From IMG/VR virus record IMGVR_UViG_3300025751_000095, positions 1 through 29,728 of that record: DNA of 29,728 nt. The stretch is one strand, 5' to 3'. This DNA comes from a virus. Taxonomy: Duplodnaviria; Caudoviricetes. Below, piece after piece: positions 23,588-29,728 of this stretch. Positions within the stretch are counted from its first letter, which is position 1, and the number at the start of each line of letters is the position of its first letter. The notes beneath the pieces are model-generated. The model saw nothing but the letters and a program-made list of their open reading frames with translations, did no database searches and was not told where the DNA came from. Both the position numbers and the translations under genes were made by a program.

Positions 23588-23751
23588 CACTTACGTCCTT
23601 TGAAGAAGGCTTCATAGATTTGGTTACGGGTAAGTCCGATGTCAGCAAGCTCTCGATCAGTCATACTCTTGAGGTGCTGAAGCTCTCGGGCCTCTTTAGC
23701 TCGACGGCTCATTCGTTGGTACAGTTCGCCGGGAAGTCGCATCAGGTTCAT
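23587..23751 (-). CDS. DUF1127 (YjiS-like) small basic protein, 54 aa
   Basis: RR....REL..L..MTDRELADIGLTR.QI signature; SD GGAG 7 nt before ATG 23751; overlaps the portal 3' end by 56 nt. Confidence 0.8.
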   Translation of the reverse strand: MNLMRLPGELYQRMSRRAKEARELQHLKSMTDRELADIGLTRNQIYEAFFKGRK

Positions 23752-25048
23752 AACTAAGCTCCGCAATGTCCATAAGGTCTTGAATAACTTCGGGGTGGTC
23801 AGACACGTTGATGTCTGCGCCATTAAGGTTGCGCAGGAAGGCTGCGATCTCTCGGAGATCATGCGGAGCTACATCACCTGCTTCGATGTAGGGCATAGTA
23901 TCGTAGGAAAGGCCGTTGAGTTGCCAGAGTCGCTCAATAAGCTGCTTGTTGAGTACGTCGGTGATAGCACCAATGTAGCTTTCCAATGCTCTAAGAAATA
24001 GGTCGGTCTTAGACTTAGATAGCGCATACGAGCCACCGGCGCTGTGTGCGCCGAGTAGAAGAAACTCAGACAGTACACTACGAGCAATGTCGTGCTGATA
24101 GCGGCTAACAATCGGGTCGATGTCAATGTTGCGTGTCCCGCTGGACGACATAAGTTCAATATCTACAAGACGGACGTTAGTTGGGCTACCGTCTTTGTCA
24201 GGGTAGGTATCACTCGGGGTGATGATGTAACCCTGCTCGTTGAACTTTACATCTCGCAGGATACCCTCTAGGTTGGCCCTAAAGGCCGTCTGAGCTGAGG
24301 AAGCCTCTGAAGAGAGGTATTCCGAGGGAATACGGGCTACAGGGATACCAGCAAGCTCACGCTCTACTGCAATGGCCTCAATAGCCTGAAGGTTGTTCAG
24401 ATACTCATAAGAAGTGTAAGCATTGCGAAGAATGCTACGACCAGAAGGGTCCCCATTGATGCTTGTGGTCTTGTAGTATAAAGACTTGTTAGCAGGGATA
24501 TAATGGCTTTTGCCAAACTGAGAGCCTTCCTGATAGAGGCCCAGTACATCACCGGACTTCTGGTCTACATCAAACTTAGATACCGTCCAAGGCGCTCTGA
24601 TAGCCAGCTTGCGAATGCCGATGCGACCGTCAGTGTGCTTGGAGTAGCGCTTGTAGTCTCGGAAGTTGGGACCACCACGACGCTTGTAGACTACCTCGAA
24701 CCAAGCAAAGCCATACGACAAAGAAGAAAGAGCCTCTGCGATATGGTCTTCCAGAGTGTGGTCCATGTCCGTCAGGACCGTCTCGACAAACTCTTTCTCT
24801 GCTTTAGCCTCTGCCGAGTCGTTAGCTGCGACTACCTTCAGCTTTACGTCTCGGAGTACCTGCTCAGTGGCGTACATAACTGCACCAATGGTGCTGTCGT
24901 TGTCCCGCATCTCACGATACTTGCGGATAGCCTTCTTGCCACGAAGCTCTGGAAGGAACTCGTCCGCTCGGATTTGGCCGTTGTGAGTGTTATCACCGGC
25001 TACACCGAGAATCTTCTTGGCTTCTGTTTCCGAGAGCTTCTTGGGCAA
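23696..25048 (-). CDS. Portal protein
   Basis: Follows terL; YREMR.ND..IG, L.YGFAWFEVVY, G.SILR.AY, GSYALS motifs (DUF935-like portal); TTG start. Confidence 0.9.
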   Translation of the reverse strand: MPKKLSETEAKKILGVAGDNTHNGQIRADEFLPELRGKKAIRKYREMRDNDSTIGAVMYATEQVLRDVKLKVVAANDSAEAKAEKEFVETVLTDMDHTLEDHIAEALSSLSYGFAWFEVVYKRRGGPNFRDYKRYSKHTDGRIGIRKLAIRAPWTVSKFDVDQKSGDVLGLYQEGSQFGKSHYIPANKSLYYKTTSINGDPSGRSILRNAYTSYEYLNNLQAIEAIAVERELAGIPVARIPSEYLSSEASSAQTAFRANLEGILRDVKFNEQGYIITPSDTYPDKDGSPTNVRLVDIELMSSSGTRNIDIDPIVSRYQHDIARSVLSEFLLLGAHSAGGSYALSKSKTDLFLRALESYIGAITDVLNKQLIERLWQLNGLSYDTMPYIEAGDVAPHDLREIAAFLRNLNGADINVSDHPEVIQDLMDIAELSYEPDATSRRTVPTNEPSS

Positions 25049-25098
25049 TGTTCTGGTATCCTGTCGCTGTAAGCGTCTAATCAGAGAGCTGACTTGGA

Positions 25099-26454
25099 CT
25101 ACCGTAGTCCTTTCGCAGAGCTATACGCCAGCTTTAATTGGGGCTTGGCATAGCCCTGTAGAGATAGGTCCGTAATAGCCCATACAAGGGCGTCTAATCT
25201 GTCTGGTGAGCCTACAGAGCCTAGTGGCTCCCAAGTGACCATCTGGTCTTCTAGGTCGTTGAGACCCTTTACATGCTTCACCTTAGCTTGTTCATACAGG
25301 GCGGAGACAGGCTCTGCTCGGGCCATCTTGCCACGACTAGCATGGACTAGCTTGACAGGCACCGTCTCAGACTCTGTGTGCAGAGTATGGCGAACCATAT
25401 CCCCGCCCTGATTACGTTCGGCGACAATGCGGTCAGCTTGATACTCTTCAAAGAGTGACACTGCCCTTGCAGCCCATTGCTGAGGCGTGTAGCGACCTGT
25501 GCAGTCTGCCAGAACGTAAGCGATACCATTAACGTCAACCCCTGCTACAACAATACCAGTCATGTCTGACTCGGAGTTGCTGGTGATTGCAGGGTCGATA
25601 GAGACAACAATCCTGTTCAAATCAGGAACGCTGTCTTTCTCTATCTCACACTCGGCTAACAGAGAACGGCTCCACAAGGCTCCAGAGGCCTCATCCAGTA
25701 TCTCTGCGTATAGCTCCTGTCGGCCTAGCCTAGTGCCTTCGTAGGTCTTCCTAACAGCGTCTAGGAACGTAGAAGCTAAGTTGGCTTGGTTGTCGTAAGT
25801 GGACCCTGTGGAGGTTACCGTCTTCTCATCACCAAGGATATTCCGTAAGAGCTTGGTGGTCTTCGGGGTGGTGGTGATAAACACTTGCGGGTGCTTACCA
25901 AGTCGTAACCCAAACTGCAACATATCCCAAGTCTCTTGGGCGTTGCGCCAAGCACACAACTCATCACACCATGCTGAGTAGGCCTGCGGTCCCCGGAGTC
26001 GTTCTGGGTCCTCTGCCGAGAAGAATACAGCCTTAGCTCCATTCTCCCATGTCATGGTGTTATTAGTGGGGGACCATTCAGGGTAGCCGATATGCTTCCC
26101 TCTATATGTCTTGTCACCCTTCCAACATACATTAAGGAGTCCAGAGTCCCCCTCAACCATCACCTTGCGTACATCACCTTTAGTAGGTGCTACACAATGT
26201 ACAATCTTGTCACCTTTACGGATGCGGTGTCTTACCCACTCAGCACCGGCTCTGGTCTTGCCCCAGCCTCGTCCTGCCAAGGCTACCCAAATATCCCAAT
26301 GGTCGCCTTTAGGCTCCAGTTGGTTGGGTCTAGCCCAGAACTCCCAAGTATGTTGTAGCTCTTCTACCTTAGCTGGACCTAGCTGGTCCATCAGGGAGGC
26401 TACTTCTTCATCAGGGAGCTTCCGTAAATCGTCAGCCGTTATCGCTAGAGTCAT
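25099..26454 (-). CDS. terL: Terminase large subunit
   Basis: Walker A AGRGWGKT, Walker B AWCDE, ITTTP coupling motif, RNase-H-like nuclease (SIDPA, DRLDALVWA); ATG 26454 preferred over TTG 26472. Confidence 0.96.
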   Translation of the reverse strand: MTLAITADDLRKLPDEEVASLMDQLGPAKVEELQHTWEFWARPNQLEPKGDHWDIWVALAGRGWGKTRAGAEWVRHRIRKGDKIVHCVAPTKGDVRKVMVEGDSGLLNVCWKGDKTYRGKHIGYPEWSPTNNTMTWENGAKAVFFSAEDPERLRGPQAYSAWCDELCAWRNAQETWDMLQFGLRLGKHPQVFITTTPKTTKLLRNILGDEKTVTSTGSTYDNQANLASTFLDAVRKTYEGTRLGRQELYAEILDEASGALWSRSLLAECEIEKDSVPDLNRIVVSIDPAITSNSESDMTGIVVAGVDVNGIAYVLADCTGRYTPQQWAARAVSLFEEYQADRIVAERNQGGDMVRHTLHTESETVPVKLVHASRGKMARAEPVSALYEQAKVKHVKGLNDLEDQMVTWEPLGSVGSPDRLDALVWAITDLSLQGYAKPQLKLAYSSAKGLR

Positions 26455-26827
26455 CAGGTCGGGATTTACCAAGGAGGGTCATCAGGGCGTCGATAGCGGA
26501 TTCATCCATATCAGCCTCAGTGTCCTGCTCCTGCTCGTTCAGGGTAGAGTTAGGAGACCAACCGCCCTTACTACGAAGAAACAGTTCCTGAGACTTGAAG
26601 TCACCTTCTAGTGCCTGTTGCACTACCTTATTGCCTACCATCCCTACAATGTCAGCACGCTCTTGTGCAATGTCCTGACCGTAAATCTTGTAGAAGGTAG
26701 CAAAAGAAGAAGGTGCATCCTGTAGCTCCTGTATGGATACCATGATGTCCTTCATAGCTACACCATCTCGGATCATCTTACGAATCCGATTGGCAATCGC
26801 TTTCTTGTGAGGGAGTGCCGCTGGCAT
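26432..26827 (-). CDS. terS: Terminase small subunit (probable)
   Basis: Directly upstream of and overlapping terL; HTH-like N-terminus, A..GD...Q.LFL..KGGW. Confidence 0.75.
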   Translation of the reverse strand: MPAALPHKKAIANRIRKMIRDGVAMKDIMVSIQELQDAPSSFATFYKIYGQDIAQERADIVGMVGNKVVQQALEGDFKSQELFLRSKGGWSPNSTLNEQEQDTEADMDESAIDALMTLLGKSRPDDSSDNG

Positions 26828-26889
26828 GCTACAGAACCTTGCTACAGAATTAAGAGTGCTACAGAATTAAGAGTGCTACAGAATTAAGA
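26827..26889. repeat. 17-bp tandem repeat x3 plus a partial copy at the terS start
   Basis: TGCTACAGAATTAAGAG at 26840, 26857 and 26874 (last base differs); TGCTACAGAA at 26827. Confidence 0.92.
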
Positions 26890-27076
26890 CGCAATTAGGG
26901 ATTTAAAATTCCCATACTATAGTTTTGCTTTAGATTCTATAGCTTCTGTCAAGATGGGATTAATCAAATTTGGTATTATCTAATCTGGTTTGCTATAGTC
27001 TCTACTATAGTATAGCCACTAAATGAGTAAAAACCGGAAGTGGTATTTTGTTGTTTTATCAAAAATATTCCTGTAG

Positions 27077-27245
27077 TGTTGCATAAGTGTCACTACTAGC
27101 CCCCTCCCCAAAGGTTTTAGCTTATGTTGCAAATGGGGGTGGGTACACACTGCAATACCTAAAATTCGTCGTAAATCTGAGGGTCCCACTGTTGTATTTA
27201 AGCAACACGCAAGAATAATCGCAAGAGTGTTGCAAAAGTGCAACT
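27077..27245. promoter_or_regulatory. Cluster of 18-bp imperfect palindromes TGTTG-N8-CAACA
   Basis: 27077 TGTTGCATAAGTGTCACT; 27190 TGTTGTATTTAAGCAACA; 27228 TGTTGCAAAAGTGCAACT; half-site at 27125. Confidence 0.6.
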
Positions 27246-27295
27246 AATCGTAAAACGTGTAGAAGTTTTGCTTGACACTCGCTGAGCGAGAGGGC

Positions 27296-27343
27296 ACACA
27301 ACATATAGTACTTAATTCAAATCCGTAATACTACATATAGAGA
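27296..27343. promoter_or_regulatory. Tandem NrdR-box pair
   Basis: ACACAACATATAGTAC (27296) and ATACTACATATAGAGA (27328) match acaCwAtATaTwGtg; start-to-start distance 32 bp; TTGACA at 27272. Confidence 0.7.
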
Positions 27344-27407
27344 AAAGCGCAAGCCCGCAAACAGCAAGCAAGCGCTTAGCTCTAAGGAAGAAACACGAGC
27401 AAGCTAT

Positions 27408-27590
27408 TTAGGGCATTGGCTTCCCGTCATAGCTTGAAAAATCATAGGCAACGGTTAACAAATCATCCTTGTATTCCTGCACCATTGCGTCAATCAATGG
27501 TCGCATTTTGTTGATTGTTCTTTCTGTTGCTTCCCTATGTTGCTTGGCAACGGCAAGGTTTGCGAGGGTCTGTTGTGTCTGCTTATCCAT
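27408..27590 (-). CDS. Hypothetical protein (60 aa)
   Basis: SD AGGA before ATG 27590; overlaps the upstream ORF stop. Confidence 0.6.
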   Translation of the reverse strand: MDKQTQQTLANLAVAKQHREATERTINKMRPLIDAMVQEYKDDLLTVAYDFSSYDGKPMP

Positions 27591-27798
27591 AATCTTTCCT
27601 GTCTGTCTCTTGCTCATATCCAAGCCAAAAGGCTTGCACTTCTGCTTCTGTCATATCCTCAAGCGGTATTACTTGCAAGGCTTGAGGATCGTTGCTGGTC
27701 CAAATATGGGGACGTGGTGTCCTGCCATAGTAACGGGTTGCTGATCCCCTGTCATAAGCCTTGCGTTCCCGTGTTGTCATGGGGTGATGTGCTTTCAT
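27583..27798 (-). CDS. Conserved phage hypothetical protein
   Basis: AYDRGSA..YYGR...PH...MT..E..AF..GY....KDYG pattern recalled from aquatic phages; ATGA coupling. Confidence 0.75.
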   Translation of the reverse strand: MKAHHPMTTRERKAYDRGSATRYYGRTPRPHIWTSNDPQALQVIPLEDMTEAEVQAFWLGYEQETDRKDYG

Positions 27799-27929
27799 GG
27801 TTTAACCTTCTCAATCCTAAATGGTTCATGCGAGAATTGCGCCAAGTGTACGCACTCCCAATAATGCCCGGTAAACTTAGGCTTGTTGCCAAGCCATAGC
27901 CGCCAAACTGGTCTTTGTGTTTCTGTCAT
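27795..27929 (-). CDS. Hypothetical 44-aa protein (below ORF track cut-off)
   Basis: MTETQRPVWRLWLGNKPKFTGHYWECVHLAQFSHEPFRIEKVKP; ATGA overlaps at both ends. Confidence 0.6.
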   Translation of the reverse strand: MTETQRPVWRLWLGNKPKFTGHYWECVHLAQFSHEPFRIEKVKP

Positions 27930-28015
27930 GGGCCTACACCTACAACCGCTATGAGATACCATGCCGCCAACAATAGGGCGACAAAATAAAGCAAGATAAC
28001 GCCAACGCTAGGCAT
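27926..28015 (-). CDS. 29-aa single-TM membrane peptide (below ORF track cut-off)
   Basis: MPSVGVILLYFVALLLAAWYLIAVVGVGP; SD AGGGG; overlaps the GP88 stop, ATGA into the next ORF. Confidence 0.55.
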   Translation of the reverse strand: MPSVGVILLYFVALLLAAWYLIAVVGVGP

Positions 28016-28736
28016 AACTAAAATCCCCTGTATCAATAACAAAACCTGACTGATCACTAACAGCCTTGCCCTTTGCTTTCAATCCTACAATTACACCGGC
28101 TGGATCGAGAAAGCGTAAATCGTGCTTGTCACCGTCAATCGTTGGCACTCCCTCAAACGTCGCTGGAAGCTTGCCACGGAACACTGCTGCGGCATTAATC
28201 CCCGATTTGATTACATCGCCTAGGCGGTCGCTGTAAGCCTTTGACGCTTGGGAATAGGACCACGTTAGAGAATAATTCTCAGGCAATCCTTTCCGATTGT
28301 GCAATTTGGTATAATCGTAGAACTGCAATTCCGGGAACGCTTGCGGCACGCCGTGACGTTCCCAACGAATATCGCTTGTGCCGTTTAACCTGATTGTTGG
28401 CGTCAAGCCTTTACGAATTGCCCAACTAGAAAAGCGCTCAATATCACGCTTTAGGGCATCGACAAAACCAACGGGATCGAGATTAAACCACGCCGTCTTA
28501 GCTATTCGTGCTTTCTGCACGTTGCTGAATTTACCCATGCCTGCCGAATTGAGGCACCCGTCAACGCACCCGGCTTGCTCTGCCATAGGGCAGACATTGG
28601 CACCGGATAGCTTGTGCGGCGCTAGGTACATTATGCCGGTGACATAGGTTTTATCTAGGCCTAGCTTTTGACCTTTGACGGTTTTGGCATCGCCACCACA
28701 AGCCAATAGCTTTCCCCGCCATTTATGAACAGTCAT
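28008..28736 (-). CDS. GP88-like protein (Cys-cluster, radical-SAM-like)
   Basis: CPMA.QAGC..GCL..AG.G, RLNGTSDI.WE, QFYDYTK, GD.HDLRFLD...VGLKAKG motifs; SD GGAG before ATG 28736. Confidence 0.8.
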   Translation of the reverse strand: MTVHKWRGKLLACGGDAKTVKGQKLGLDKTYVTGIMYLAPHKLSGANVCPMAEQAGCVDGCLNSAGMGKFSNVQKARIAKTAWFNLDPVGFVDALKRDIERFSSWAIRKGLTPTIRLNGTSDIRWERHGVPQAFPELQFYDYTKLHNRKGLPENYSLTWSYSQASKAYSDRLGDVIKSGINAAAVFRGKLPATFEGVPTIDGDKHDLRFLDPAGVIVGLKAKGKAVSDQSGFVIDTGDFSYA

Positions 28737-28743
28737 TGTTTCA

Positions 28744-28941
28744 TTACTCCAATGGATCACCCGAACAGTACCAAAGCACCGAATAGGCGTTAGTATTCAT
28801 TGCCGCTTGCTCATATGTCGAAAACCATTGTTTTGATGCAATGCCAAGAACATAGAAGCCCGGTGCATGCGTTGCACAGTTTAGGGATGGTTGCGCCAAA
28901 GAGATAACCAACGGCGCAAAGAATAGAGCCAGCGCCGCCAT
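28744..28941 (-). CDS. Hypothetical protein with hydrophobic N-terminus
   Basis: TAATG-coupled to the upstream ORF; SD GAGG. Confidence 0.55.
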   Translation of the reverse strand: MAALALFFAPLVISLAQPSLNCATHAPGFYVLGIASKQWFSTYEQAAMNTNAYSVLWYCSGDPLE

Positions 28942-29222
28942 TAGCTCAACCCTCGCATTGCAGCACGCAACAGGTTTACCGGATAAACCGCCGCATTGTT
29001 AGGGCGTTTAATAACCGTGTATCCATAGTCACGGGCATAAGCATTCAGCATTTTACCGAGAAGAATACGGTCACCAACGCTAAGGCTTAAGCCCTCAAGC
29101 TGTACATATTGAGAGACAGTTAGAAAGCCGGGTTTAATCTTAGGCTTTGCTTTGCGTTGCGTGGCAAGCTCTTTACCAAGCTGTTGAATTGACGCAATGG
29201 CCGTTTCGATATTGCTATTCAT
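28941..29222 (-). CDS. Hypothetical protein, possible DNA-binding (antirepressor C-terminal-like) domain
   Basis: FLTV.QY...G......LGK.....R..GY.V.K.....VYP..LL pattern; SD AAAGG; function is a guess. Confidence 0.6.
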   Translation of the reverse strand: MNSNIETAIASIQQLGKELATQRKAKPKIKPGFLTVSQYVQLEGLSLSVGDRILLGKMLNAYARDYGYTVIKRPNNAAVYPVNLLRAAMRGLS

Positions 29223-29400
29223 TTTAATAAACCTTTATCTAGGGTTCCAAGCGGTCGCTTGCAAAGTCCGACTAAGTTTCGCCTAGGGAGGGAGGCAAAA
29301 AAGAGCCGGACTGTGAAAGCGCCCTTTGATGGTTTTAGAATACCACGCCGAACAGGATTGACCATTGCAAAGATTGCATGCCTGCCATGCAGAAATGCCA

Positions 29401-29429
29401 TTGACAGGTTTTATCCTGCATGTTAAGTT
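29401..29429 (+). promoter_or_regulatory. Sigma70-type promoter
   Basis: TTGACA-17 bp-TAAGTT with extended -10 TGn. Confidence 0.6.
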
Positions 29430-29562
29430 AAGACACAATCTGATAACGGGTATTTTCCGGGCAACGCTTTTAGGCGTTAGAGTCAGAAACCAAAGCTGCG
29501 CCATTTTTATTTTCTATCTAAGGCTGAAGCACCTATCTAAATACGATTGTTGCGGAATTGAT

Positions 29563-29591
29563 TTGACATGCACCAGACGCATAGCTAACCT
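29563..29591 (+). promoter_or_regulatory. Second sigma70-type promoter
   Basis: TTGACA-17 bp-TAACCT. Confidence 0.55.
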
Positions 29592-29728
29592 ATGCACTCA
29601 GGACATATCTAATTTCTGCATGGGAGCTATGCAAATATTCATACCAGACTTACCTCAAATTCGTACTAACTTTTAGACAAATACTTTAGGTATTTGAACT
29701 AAAGGTCACCCCCCACCGTGAGAAAATG

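Larger units (their letters stand above)
29375..29633. promoter_or_regulatory. Three GCAT-N7/9-ATGC palindromic boxes
   Basis: 29375 TGCATGCCTGCCATGCA; 29579 GCATAGCTAACCTATGC; 29617 TGCATGGGAGCTATGCA. Confidence 0.55.
1..29728. mobile_element. Tailed dsDNA bacteriophage genome segment (siphovirus-type morphogenesis and lysis modules plus early region)
   Basis: Canonical gene order terS-terL-portal-protease-scaffold-MCP-neck-tail tube-chaperones-TMP-Dit-tip-lysis; no sheath gene; no host housekeeping genes or integrase in the window. Confidence 0.97.

Noticed and set aside
25099-26454. Intein or intron in the terminase
   Set aside because: Length and motif spacing are normal; no splice-junction motifs seen
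26827-26889. Mini CRISPR array
   Set aside because: Repeats are head-to-tail with no spacers, only 17 bp, and no cas genes are present
26840-26890. CtrA binding sites
   Set aside because: The TTAA half-sites are 13 bp apart, not the 7 bp of TTAA-N7-TTAA
27019-27304. Short ORFs in the terS upstream region
   Set aside because: No SD, atypical composition, and they overlap the operator-like palindromes; treated as non-coding
29219-29676. ORFs 29219-29401, 29283-29504 and 29365-29676
   Set aside because: Mutually overlapping, without convincing SD, and covering promoter/operator motifs

Overview
The whole window looks like part of a long-tailed (siphovirus-type) dsDNA phage genome, most likely of a marine alphaproteobacterial host (inferred from the tmRNA type and a DUF1127 gene). 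A complete virion and lysis operon runs on the minus strand (about 26827 down to 1189): terS, terL, portal, DUF1127 mini-gene, multidomain prohead protease, scaffold, decoration protein, major capsid, head-tail genes, tail tube, G/GT chaperones with a -1 frameshift, tape measure, Dit, BppU-like protein, a 1308-aa repetitive fibre, adaptor, a GC-rich 959-aa receptor-binding protein, holin-like gene, tail tip, GNAT, J-like tip, fibre chaperone, signal-bearing M15 endolysin and a probable unimolecular spanin. It converges at a bidirectional terminator with a plus-strand cassette: a complete circularly permuted (two-piece) tmRNA gene with tag ANNYVAPSVAIAA, followed by an outer-membrane beta-barrel gene. 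The right end holds a chain of small coupled early-type ORFs (including a GP88-like protein). Its non-coding blocks carry operator-like sites: a tandem NrdR-box pair with no reductase gene nearby, TGTTG-N8-CAACA palindromes, and GCAT-N7/9-ATGC boxes on two sigma70 promoters. All family calls come from motif recognition by eye; no database search was run.
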